A stretch of DNA of 64,000 bases, taken from Acidobacteriia bacterium UBA6623. Lineage in GTDB: Bacteria > Acidobacteriota > Terriglobia > Bryobacterales > UBA6623. Within the stretch, counting starts at the first letter, position 1, and each line of letters starts with the position of its first letter. Location of the stretch: NCBI GenBank assembly GCA_002433055.1, contig DJHJ01000014.1, positions 191,414 to 255,413 on the forward strand. Reading direction: 5' to 3'. The notes below the pieces were generated by a model. The model was not told the DNA's origin and ran no database searches. It saw nothing but the letters and a program-made list of their open reading frames with translations. Of the stretch, positions 28,511 through 37,298 are shown piece after piece. Position numbers and translations under genes: made by a program.

Positions 28511-29538
28511 GAAAGCTTAGCTCGAACACCTGGTCGGTCTACGGCATCACGATTTGCCAGACAATCGGGAGCTTTTCCCTCGTAGACATTCCGTACGTTT
28601 CGGCAAGCGTCGAGAGGTATATCACGGATACTTTCTTCACACCATGCTATCGAGTGGGGGGCAACAACTACATTGTCGAGTCGAAGTAGTGGATTGTCTT
28701 TCGGGACAGGTTCTTTTTCAAAAACATCGAGACCTGCGCCTGCAATTTTCTTTTGCTGTAGCACTTCTATCAGTGCTTCTTCATTGACGATTGGCCCACG
28801 TGCAGTGTTGATTAGGAAAGCACTAGGTTTCATCAATGCAAGCTCCTCGGCTCCCACCAAGCCTTCGGTGTGTTTATTTAACGGTGCATTGATTGTCAAG
28901 AAATCGCTTTCTCGCATTAGGGTCGGTAAGTCGACCAACTCTACGCCCATTTTTTCTGCCTGTTCTTTGGTGACGAATGGGTCATAGCCAATCAAGCCAC
29001 CGAAACCAATTCCACGAGCCATGCGCAATAGCTCTCCAGCGATATTGCCAAGCCCTATCGAACCCAGTGTTCGTCCCTCAATGCATATACTTCTGCATTT
29101 ATCTGGACGCCACTGGCCCGCACGCGTTCGGGTATCGAAGGTTCTTATATCCTTAGCGACAGCCAGAATTAGTGCGATAATTCCCTCTGCTACCGGTCTG
29201 CGTACTGCATTAGGTGTGATCGCCAGTAAGACATCAGCTTCGGTACAAGCAGGAACGTTAATGCGATCGAAACCAACTCCCCAACGAGACAGACAGGATA
29301 GTCGTTTGAGACCTCTAAAGCTTTCTGGCGGAAAATGGTACCCAAGAACTATTAAGGCGTCATAATTGTCGATAATCTCCGGATCAGCAATTCCTCCCGT
29401 ATCGGGGAGTACGTCCCACTTTAGGTTAGGCAGTGCCGTAAAGATTTTTGCCGCTGACTTTTCTGCGGCCTCTGTGGTTTGTGGGTTATCGAATACATCG
29501 GCTGTGAATCCAACGTGAAATGTTTTCTGTATTGACAT
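28495..29538 (-). CDS. D-isomer-specific 2-hydroxyacid dehydrogenase family protein
   Basis: GSIGLGNIAGELLRMA NAD motif, INTARGPIVNEEAL and APHSIAW. It overlaps the downstream aldolase gene by 16 nt. Confidence 0.8.
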   Translation of the reverse strand: MSIQKTFHVGFTADVFDNPQTTEAAEKSAAKIFTALPNLKWDVLPDTGGIADPEIIDNYDALIVLGYHFPPESFRGLKRLSCLSRWGVGFDRINVPACTEADVLLAITPNAVRRPVAEGIIALILAVAKDIRTFDTRTRAGQWRPDKCRSICIEGRTLGSIGLGNIAGELLRMARGIGFGGLIGYDPFVTKEQAEKMGVELVDLPTLMRESDFLTINAPLNKHTEGLVGAEELALMKPSAFLINTARGPIVNEEALIEVLQQKKIAGAGLDVFEKEPVPKDNPLLRLDNVVVAPHSIAWCEESIRDIPLDACRNVRNVYEGKAPDCLANRDAVDRPGVRAKLSWKSQ

Positions 29539-29706
29539 AGGTCTATTTGCTTTCAGGCGTGTACCAATCCAACTTGATCCTGATCCGATTGCACTGGTGA
29601 CAGGACACTAATCAGGTAGAGTAGAACTGTGAACATAGCGAGATAGAACACGTCATTGTACACCTTTAACACTAATTCAGGTAAACCTGGTTCCGAGATA
29701 CTATTG

Positions 29707-30390
29707 ATGCAAAGTTCCCATTCAGGTGTCGCACACAATAGCTGTTTTCCAGCTTTCTATCCCATCATTGACACATCGGTGGCCTTGTCGGCTGGAATTA
29801 CCTCAGAGTCTGTTGCAAAAGCACTGGTGCGAGCTGGTGTTAGAGTTGCGCAGTTTCGCCACAAGGGGAATTACGATAGTGAGATCATCCATTTAGCTGA
29901 GAAAGTTGGTAATATTCTGCACGAATTTAACGCTTTGTACATTGTTAACGATCGACCTGATGTTGCACTTTGTGTGGGAGCCGATGGTGTCCATGTCGGG
30001 CAGGACGATCTTCCTCCAGTTGCGGTGCGAACTGTATTCGAAGCCCTGCCAATTCAAAAGACTATGACGATTGGCCTTTCTGTTCACAATGAGCAGCAAC
30101 TGAGACAGGCTGATCTCGCTCCCCTAGACTATTTGGCGATAGGTCCGATTTTTACGACGAACTCAAAGAGAAACCCAGATCCTACGATTGGTCTTGAAGA
30201 ACTACACCGTTTGCGAGCATTGACTTCCAAACATGTTGTCGCTATAGGAGGTATTACTCGTGAAAATGCTCGGGAAGTTTTTGCGGCAGGGGCTGATTCC
30301 GTGGCTGTGATATCAGATTTCATAAGCTCCGATATCGATGATCGTCTTTCCGAGTGGTCACGAGTCGTCAAGTTTAGTACGGCAAGCTAG
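29707..30390 (+). CDS. thiE: Thiamine-phosphate synthase
   Basis: FYPIIDT, VAQFRHKG, LYIVNDRPDVA, DGVHVGQDD, DYLAIGPIFTTNSK and VVAIGGI blocks. The start is taken at the internal ATG 29707; the ORF is open from 29656. Confidence 0.88.
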   Translation: MQSSHSGVAHNSCFPAFYPIIDTSVALSAGITSESVAKALVRAGVRVAQFRHKGNYDSEIIHLAEKVGNILHEFNALYIVNDRPDVALCVGADGVHVGQDDLPPVAVRTVFEALPIQKTMTIGLSVHNEQQLRQADLAPLDYLAIGPIFTTNSKRNPDPTIGLEELHRLRALTSKHVVAIGGITRENAREVFAAGADSVAVISDFISSDIDDRLSEWSRVVKFSTAS

Positions 30391-30463
30391 CGACAGATAG
30401 GTGAGTTTCATTGACAGCAGAGTTTTGATTACACAGAATTGGACGGAGTCACAATAGGAGATC

Positions 30464-30832
30464 ATGTACAACGCCAAGCTGTTAAATCACTTTCAGTATC
30501 CGCGCAATGTTGGTCACCTGGATGGTGCCAATGTAGAGGTAGAGGTATGCAACCCTATTTGCGGCGATATTCTCAGGCTATCCGCATATATTCGAGAAGA
30601 TCACATAGATGCAATTCGATACCTCGCCCGCGGATGTACTGCATCCATCGCGGTGGGTTCAGCACTGACTGAGATACTCTCAGGCCAGAAAGTTGACCGA
30701 CTCGATTTTGTGACTAAGAGACAGGTTGAAGAGATGGTGGGTGGATTGCCACAAGAATCGAAACATGCAGCAGTTTTAGCCATAGATGCAGTGAAGGCTC
30801 TACGACGTAAAGTTTGCGACGAGTTGCGTTGA
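30464..30832 (+). CDS. IscU/SufU-like Fe-S scaffold homologue (NifU N-terminal domain)
   Basis: The protein reads MYNAKLLNHFQYPRNVGHLDG...VCNPICGDILRL...ARGCTASIA. The position of the usual third ligand Cys reads KHAAVLA. Confidence 0.72.
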   Translation: MYNAKLLNHFQYPRNVGHLDGANVEVEVCNPICGDILRLSAYIREDHIDAIRYLARGCTASIAVGSALTEILSGQKVDRLDFVTKRQVEEMVGGLPQESKHAAVLAIDAVKALRRKVCDELR

Positions 30833-30849
30833 GTTAGATTGCTACTTAA

Positions 30850-32064
30850 TCACCAGGGACGGACGCTCTTTAGGGAGATTATTTCCCCTGTTTCTCGTTC
30901 TGTGATATCTATTTTCTCTCCGTGACATTCTATACTCTCTACCCCTTGGTAACCGTCTGGAATTTCTGTTATGAATGCCAGGTACCGTGCAGTTAAACGG
31001 TTGCGACCTTCGATCCAACGGTATTGACGAACACCGTAGAGTTTCCCTTCATCGACTACTTTTTTCATGGAACCTGCAAATGGCGTCGTTCCAAACTCAA
31101 GACCACGGGCGATGACTTTACCGTTCCACGGGAACACATCAATGCTTTGATTTTCTTGCCAATCGGCAATCCAAGGGAAATCTTCCGTTTTCCATATGTA
31201 CCCAATCAACACTCGAAGATCTTTGTTAAAAGCAGTGAAATAGGATTCTTCTCGAGAAGGATCCATGAGTATTCCATAGTATGTACCAGTGTTGGGTGGA
31301 GCTTGCATTTCTCGAAGACTGACTTTTTTACCCTCGCGCGAAGTTCCGATTGGCCAATGGAGTGGGCCAGCTCGCAATGAGTTGTGGTCTTCGATGGGTG
31401 GACGTACCTCTCCTCGAGTCCCCGACATATCCAGCACATTGCGTCCTGGCGTGACAAAAGGAGGCCCGAACGTTACGTGTTGTACCCAGTGTGCTGGTCG
31501 CCCAAACGCGGTCTGACTCTCGACCCACTCTTCAACATAAAGCACTGTTTCATTGGCTGCCAGTGTTAGTGTGCGGCCAACCTTGTACTGTGTTTTAGGT
31601 AGATAAGTGGAATATGAGAATTGAACTTTGTTCGCAGTAGTCTCGACCTTGTCTTTGTTCCATTGCACCATCAAGGCTTCGCCATGCACACCTAGACCAT
31701 TTTTAAATTCCTGATTTGACGGAGCGCCGAAGAGTGGGAAATTAAGTAAATGACCCATATAGCCGGCTGTGAGTATCCGGTCACTGCCCTTTCCGTATAA
31801 CATGTCATGTTTGATCGGGTTGTAGTTTCCCGGGTCAATCGTTTGGTAATGATGGACCAGCATCGGGTTGACGGACTTGCGAGGATCGTCTGATTTCAAG
31901 CGAATCTCTGCGATGTGTCCGGCGCCGCGTAGCGCTCCAATCCGAACCAATTTGTTTTCCAGAATGTAAGCCGAACGGCCATGAATATGATCTTCAGAGA
32001 ATGTCGTTTTTTGTGCTGCAACGACATTGCATCCCGTGAGAAGAATGAGTAGTACCCTAGTCAT
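30850..32064 (-). CDS. Hypothetical lipoprotein (about 400 aa, function unknown)
   Basis: The internal Met at 32064 gives MTRVLLILLTGCNVVAAQ with an L-T-G-C lipobox. The rest is soluble and beta-rich-looking, with no motif I can name. The ORF is open from 32112. Confidence 0.5.
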   Translation of the reverse strand: MTRVLLILLTGCNVVAAQKTTFSEDHIHGRSAYILENKLVRIGALRGAGHIAEIRLKSDDPRKSVNPMLVHHYQTIDPGNYNPIKHDMLYGKGSDRILTAGYMGHLLNFPLFGAPSNQEFKNGLGVHGEALMVQWNKDKVETTANKVQFSYSTYLPKTQYKVGRTLTLAANETVLYVEEWVESQTAFGRPAHWVQHVTFGPPFVTPGRNVLDMSGTRGEVRPPIEDHNSLRAGPLHWPIGTSREGKKVSLREMQAPPNTGTYYGILMDPSREESYFTAFNKDLRVLIGYIWKTEDFPWIADWQENQSIDVFPWNGKVIARGLEFGTTPFAGSMKKVVDEGKLYGVRQYRWIEGRNRLTARYLAFITEIPDGYQGVESIECHGEKIDITERETGEIISLKSVRPW

Positions 32065-32191
32065 ATCGATTGCATTTGATGTTATAGACTCTAATCTGTT
32101 GAAGGTTCCCATTTCATAGTTGCGGCAAAGTGTTCATATTTTGTGGCTATTTGTGAATTGCGGATAGAGGCAAAGTGTTTTTTGTTGTTAA

Positions 32192-33220
32192 CTATTTTGT
32201 GACTTCGATCATGGCTTTGATTACTCCCGACTCAGCTTGTGTATATTTGGAAAAATTCTCTATCACGTTCTCGAGCGGTGTACGGTGAGTGATCCAAGGA
32301 TTCGTGTCGATTACGCCATCTTCTATCAGGTTTATAATGCGCCTAAAGTCCTTGGGTAGGGCATTACGGGAACCCTTGATTGTCATCTCGGGCCGGTGTA
32401 ACGATGGATGGGGGAAGCAAATTTTTTCTGTCGTTATGCCGACATAGACCAGTCTGCCTGTGTGAGCTACATAGTTCAGCGCATTTCCCATCGAATGATG
32501 ACTACCTGTTACATCTGTAACAAGTTCATATAGCTCGCCGTTAGTAATTTCATCCATTTGGCTCTTTTCACTGCCACTACCGTCAAACAGAATGGTGTTT
32601 TTAATATCGTAGGTTTGCTGGCAGAAATCCAACCGCGATTGAACCATGTCCATTACAGTGATGGAGGCTCCACTCAACCGCGTAAATGCGAGTGTAGCCA
32701 GTCCAATAGGACCAGCACCAATAATCAGAACGCTATCATCCTCTTTCGGTGCTCCACGCTCGGTCGCATGACAGCCGATCCCGAGTGTTTCCACCAAGGC
32801 GAGCTGCTCAAACGAAAGCCGGTTTGATGGATGCAATTTGTCTGCGCGGACTACAAATTCTTCACAAAGTCCACCATCGACCATCACTCCTATCACCTTT
32901 AACACTTCACAGCAATTACTATTGCCTTTACGACAGGCATAGCAAGAACCGCAGTTCATGTAGGGTTCAACACTGCAGTGGTCTCCAACCTTGATAATTG
33001 AAACGTCTTCGCCGACCTCAAGGACTTCGACTCCAAGTTCGTGGCCAGGAATCAATGGGTAGCGGAAGAGAGGGTGTTTTCCGAGATATCCGCTGTAATC
33101 AGTGCCACAGATGCCGACACGGTGCGTACGGACCAGAGCCTGTCCAAGGCCGGGAGCGGTTGGCGACTGCAACTCAATGCACTCTAAATGTCTTGGCTTT
33201 TCTAGGCGAATAGCTAACAT
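32192..33220 (-). CDS. Zinc-dependent medium-chain alcohol/polyol dehydrogenase
   Basis: GICGTDYSGY...PGHELG catalytic Zn motif, structural Zn cluster CGSCYACRKGNSNCC, and NAD motif IIGAGPIGL. Confidence 0.85.
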   Translation of the reverse strand: MLAIRLEKPRHLECIELQSPTAPGLGQALVRTHRVGICGTDYSGYLGKHPLFRYPLIPGHELGVEVLEVGEDVSIIKVGDHCSVEPYMNCGSCYACRKGNSNCCEVLKVIGVMVDGGLCEEFVVRADKLHPSNRLSFEQLALVETLGIGCHATERGAPKEDDSVLIIGAGPIGLATLAFTRLSGASITVMDMVQSRLDFCQQTYDIKNTILFDGSGSEKSQMDEITNGELYELVTDVTGSHHSMGNALNYVAHTGRLVYVGITTEKICFPHPSLHRPEMTIKGSRNALPKDFRRIINLIEDGVIDTNPWITHRTPLENVIENFSKYTQAESGVIKAMIEVTK

Positions 33221-33346
33221 AAAACGAGGTCTTCCTAACTCACTCTCATGGCAGACACAACCGCTAGTATAACCGGATTATTCTGCACTGCTTATCTTGT
33301 AGAGCGCTTGCTACAAAGAAGAAAGCACATCTGTACCACTGCTAAG

Positions 33347-34387
33347 ATGAAGGCTGTGGAAGTTCCCAAGGAGCTGCGGATCGGCGAAGTTAACATCGAG
33401 CCAGCGATGGTGCTTGCACCAATGGCAGGTGTTACGGACACAGTATTCCGTCGCTTTATTAGGAATCTGGGAGGTTGTGGACTGATCATGACCGAATTTA
33501 CCAGTTCGCACGGAATTGTTGCTAACAAACGCATTTCTTCTACAACCCAGAAAAAGCGAAAACACAAGTTTAACTATCTCTATTACGAGCCCGACGAACA
33601 TCCAATCTCAGCACAGCTTTTTGGTTCAGACCCTGATATTCTCGCAGACGCCGCCCGAGTTGTTGAAGATCTGGGTTTTGACACTGTAGACATGAATTTT
33701 GGATGTCCCGTCAAAAAGGTAGTTAGGTGCAATGGCGGCTCTGGCCTACTACGGGATATGCCACTCGTCAGAAAAATCTTACAGAAGGTTCGCTCGTCGG
33801 TCAAAATTCCATTTACTTGCAAGTTTCGAACTGGTTGGGATCATGACACTATTGTTGCTGTTGAAATGGGAAAAATTGCTGAAGATTGTGGTTTGCAGGC
33901 AGTCGCGTTGCATGGGCGTACACGTGCACAGGGTTACGCGGGCCATGCGGATTGGGACCTGATCGCAGCTCTCAAACAAGCAGTTAATATTCCGGTTATT
34001 GGGAATGGTGACGTCTTCTCACCAGAAGATGCTGTTCGAATGTTCAAAAAAACAGGTTGTGATGGTGTAATGATTGGTCGTGCTGCTCCAGCAAACCCCT
34101 GGATTTTTCGGCAAACGGCACAGTATCTTTCGACCGGTCATTATGGCAAACCAACTGAACGTGACCGCTACGACATGATTCGAGATTACTACCAGATGCT
34201 TGATGCTGAACACAAAAATATTTCTGGGGACGTATGTGGCAAGATGAAACAATTTGCGAGTCAGTTTACTCGTGGTGTACGCAATGGATCGCAACTGCGC
34301 AAGAAAATTTATCAAGCGACGACACCGAGTGAAGTTCGCCGTCAAGTCGACAGGTTTTTTGAGCACTCCTTGGGGCAGGCTGCGTGA
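33347..34387 (+). CDS. dusB: tRNA-dihydrouridine synthase
   Basis: [20 protein letters not shown] and [12 protein letters not shown] motifs. The start is taken at ATG 33347; the ORF is open from 33248. Confidence 0.88.
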   Translation: MKAVEVPKELRIGEVNIEPAMVLAPMAGVTDTVFRRFIRNLGGCGLIMTEFTSSHGIVANKRISSTTQKKRKHKFNYLYYEPDEHPISAQLFGSDPDILADAARVVEDLGFDTVDMNFGCPVKKVVRCNGGSGLLRDMPLVRKILQKVRSSVKIPFTCKFRTGWDHDTIVAVEMGKIAEDCGLQAVALHGRTRAQGYAGHADWDLIAALKQAVNIPVIGNGDVFSPEDAVRMFKKTGCDGVMIGRAAPANPWIFRQTAQYLSTGHYGKPTERDRYDMIRDYYQMLDAEHKNISGDVCGKMKQFASQFTRGVRNGSQLRKKIYQATTPSEVRRQVDRFFEHSLGQAA

Positions 34388-34824
34388 AGTCGGTAGTGCT
34401 CATCACGGATGGCTCTTGTCTGGGCAACCCGGGTCGTGGTGGATGGGCTGCTATCCTACGTTTCCGGGGATATGCGAGAGAACTGTGGGGAGCCGAACGA
34501 GAAACGACTAATAATCGAATGGAGTTGATGGCTGTCATAGCTGGCCTCGAAAATCTTAGTGAGTCTTGCCAGGTGCTGATAGAAATTGATTCTCAGTATG
34601 TGAAAAATGGTATCACCACTTGGATCAAAAATTGGAAACAACGTGGATGGGTGACTGCATCCAAGACCCCGGTGAAGAATAAAGATTTATGGCAACGCTT
34701 GGACAAAGTAGTAGTTCAGCATTCCGTCGATTGGAAATGGGTAAAAGGTCACGCTGGTCACCACGACAATAATCGCTGCGATGAACTTGCAAGGATGGCC
34801 GCTGAATCGCAAACTCACTCTTGA
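34384..34824 (+). CDS. rnhA: Ribonuclease HI
   Basis: [37 protein letters not shown] and [17 protein letters not shown]. The GTGA start/stop overlap with dusB suggests coupling. Confidence 0.92.
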   Translation: MKSVVLITDGSCLGNPGRGGWAAILRFRGYARELWGAERETTNNRMELMAVIAGLENLSESCQVLIEIDSQYVKNGITTWIKNWKQRGWVTASKTPVKNKDLWQRLDKVVVQHSVDWKWVKGHAGHHDNNRCDELARMAAESQTHS

Positions 34825-34916
34825 CCGAGGTGTCATGCGCCCTGGAAACTTTGATCGTCAAGATTCTACATATTAGCTGTCATATTGACTAGTTTTTGAC
34901 CAGCCCGAAATAGAAA

Positions 34917-36314
34917 ATGTCACTTCATCTGTACAACACTCTAACTAGAAATCTCGAAGGATTCGAACCTTCCGATGGCAAGAAGGTTCACATGTATTCC
35001 TGCGGCCCAACGGTTTATGATCATGTCCACATTGGAAACCTACGGACATTTGCCTTTCAAGATGTTCTAAGACGACATTTGCGGTGCTGTGGCTACGATC
35101 TATTACATGTCATGAATATTACTGATGTTGATGACAAGATCATAGCGAATGCGCAAAAAGCTAACCAATCCATATCTGAGTACACTGCCAGATACATCGA
35201 CGCTTTCAAAAAAGATACAAAAATGTTGCGTCTCGAGACACCCGAACATATTACTCTTGCTACTGATCATATCGATGCCATGATCACTCTTATCCAGCGT
35301 CTTGCGGATAAAAACCTTACATACCAATCGGAAGGTTCAACCTACTTTCGGATTGCCCATTTTGAAAACTACGGCAAATTAACAAGACTTGATACTAGTG
35401 GAATGAAAACAGGTGGTCGTGTTGATCAAGATGAGTATGAGAAAGATGATATTCGGGACTTTGCTCTGTGGAAAGCTCCGAAGGATGGCGAACCCTACTG
35501 GGAAAGCCCTTTTGGGCCGGGGCGTCCTGGCTGGCACATTGAATGCTCGGCGATGTCGATGCAATACTTGGGTGCAACCTTCGATATCCACACTGGTGGA
35601 GTCGATTTAGTTTTTCCTCATCACGAAAACGAAATTGCTCAATCTGAAGGTGCTACCGGACAGCAATTTGTACGTTTCTGGGTGCATGCCGAACATTTAC
35701 TGGTCGAGGGTCAGAAAATGTCGAAGTCACTTGGCAATTTCTACACCTTGTACGATCTGCTCGATCAGAATTACTCTCCCGAAGCTATTCGCTACTCGCT
35801 AATTTCTGTTCCCTATCGCAAGCAACTTAATTTCACGTTTGATGGTCTGAAGGCCGCCACAATAGCCATAGAACGGTTACGGAACTTCAAACGTCGATTG
35901 GAAACCGAAACCTTTCCTGAGGGCGAGGCCAGTGAACTTTTGGCTGCGGTTGCTCGAGCAAGAGACCAATTCACCGTCGCAATGGATGATGATCTCAACA
36001 CCGCCCAAGCTCTGGGAGCAATATTTGATTTTGTGCGAGATGCTAATACAAAAATTGATAGCGAAGATTTTTTCGAAGGCAATCGTGAATCGGCAATTGA
36101 CCTGCTTACACTATTCGACTCAATATTTGATGTTCTCACCATGGAAGCTGACTGCAGAATACCTGTCGAAGAGATCGAGCGCTTTATTGAGGAGCGCTCA
36201 CGAGCTCGAAAGAACAGGGACTTTGCTCGTGCCGACGAGATTCGTGTCGAGCTGCAACGACAAGGCGTAGTGCTTGAGGATTCTCGTGATAGTACTCACT
36301 GGAAATATGTTTAA
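34917..36314 (+). CDS. cysS: Cysteine--tRNA ligase
   Basis: Class I HIGN motif (VYDHVHIGNLRTF), KMSKS motif and zinc-binding Cys context. 465 aa. Confidence 0.96.
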   Translation: MSLHLYNTLTRNLEGFEPSDGKKVHMYSCGPTVYDHVHIGNLRTFAFQDVLRRHLRCCGYDLLHVMNITDVDDKIIANAQKANQSISEYTARYIDAFKKDTKMLRLETPEHITLATDHIDAMITLIQRLADKNLTYQSEGSTYFRIAHFENYGKLTRLDTSGMKTGGRVDQDEYEKDDIRDFALWKAPKDGEPYWESPFGPGRPGWHIECSAMSMQYLGATFDIHTGGVDLVFPHHENEIAQSEGATGQQFVRFWVHAEHLLVEGQKMSKSLGNFYTLYDLLDQNYSPEAIRYSLISVPYRKQLNFTFDGLKAATIAIERLRNFKRRLETETFPEGEASELLAAVARARDQFTVAMDDDLNTAQALGAIFDFVRDANTKIDSEDFFEGNRESAIDLLTLFDSIFDVLTMEADCRIPVEEIERFIEERSRARKNRDFARADEIRVELQRQGVVLEDSRDSTHWKYV

Positions 36315-36529
36315 CCCGGCAGTTTTTACCGTCTAGGGCACTCCGGAAAATTTTTGGTGAGATCTCCTAGTTCATACACTTGAAATATTCTGTGGCAACG
36401 TTTCTCGAGCTCGTGTAATTCATATAAAGGATTATTTTTAAGTCCACCCACTTCGGTCTGTCGAGGTAAAATCTAGAGGTCCTTACAAGGCCACCGGAAG
36501 GCAATGTTTATTTAAGAAGAGGTAGCCCT

Positions 36530-37060
36530 TTGATGACTCTTGATCTCGGATGCGGTCGCAATAAATGTTTTGAAGCCTTCGGTGTTGACAACAACCCAGA
36601 CACTGATGCTGATGTTATTGCGGATATTGATAGCGCCAGTCTTCCATTTCTCGACAATAGCTTTGATCGCGTTTTACTTGTTCATACAATTGAACATGTC
36701 GATAATGTGATTAACACAATTGAGGAAGTGCATCGCCTCACACGCCCTGGCGGGACAATCGTCATCGAGACACCCCACTACACAGATTTCAGTTCTTTCT
36801 GTGATCCAACTCACCGGTGGCATCTCAACACTTTTTCATTTCGCTACTTTAGCGATAATCATGGTGGCTTCGGATACTACAGCCGATGCCGTCTGCGCGA
36901 AAAAAAAATTCAGGTCAAACTATTGCGCCTATGGCGTTTCCTCGGATTGGAGTTCGTTATCAATCACTGCCTGATTTTCCGTAAATTCTGGGAACACTAC
37001 CTCTGCTTCGTCATACGTGGCAAAGTGATGGTTCTCGAGTTTGAAGTACTAGATCAGTAG
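36530..37060 (+). CDS. Class I SAM-dependent methyltransferase (Methyltransf_11-like)
   Basis: LDLGCG motif I, an acidic motif II region and FDRVLLVHTIEHV...RLTRPGGTIVIETP. 176 aa. Confidence 0.7.
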   Translation: MMTLDLGCGRNKCFEAFGVDNNPDTDADVIADIDSASLPFLDNSFDRVLLVHTIEHVDNVINTIEEVHRLTRPGGTIVIETPHYTDFSSFCDPTHRWHLNTFSFRYFSDNHGGFGYYSRCRLREKKIQVKLLRLWRFLGLEFVINHCLIFRKFWEHYLCFVIRGKVMVLEFEVLDQ

Positions 37061-37239
37061 TCCTAATGACTTAAGTCTCGTAATTGCCTAGGAATACCCG
37101 TGTCAGATACATTATTGAGTGATGACAATCTGTCCGCACTCTTCCACTGCAGAGCGGGAAATGTTCACATGACGCTAGATTTTTGCATCTTGTTACGTCC
37201 GTGTGGAACACCGACAACTGCCATATTGAAAAATGCAGT

Positions 37240-37255
37240 AGTGTGCTTGCACACT
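37240..37255 (+). promoter_or_regulatory. Candidate operator palindrome upstream of Nramp-fold permease gene
   Basis: AGTGTGC-TT-GCACACT, perfect 7+7 inverted repeat, about 45 nt upstream of ATG 37299. Confidence 0.25.
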
Positions 37256-37298
37256 TTCAGTTCATGAAACATAATTCCCCAATCGTAGCTATTTAGAT

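Noticed and set aside
29539-29706. Possible TPP riboswitch upstream of thiE (contains CCUGAUCCG-like and CGAGAUA-like strings and a CCTGAT...ATCAGG inverted repeat).
   Set aside because: The CUGAGA and ACCUGAUCUGGAUAAUGCCAGCG elements are not present in the right form or order on either strand. I cannot build the P2-P5 helices by eye. A covariance-model scan would settle it.
36900-36908. A9 homopolymer inside the methyltransferase gene as a phase-variation switch.
   Set aside because: It is a single tract in an intact frame (E-K-K-I), with no evidence of alternative frames giving a product. It is mentioned only as context in a finding.
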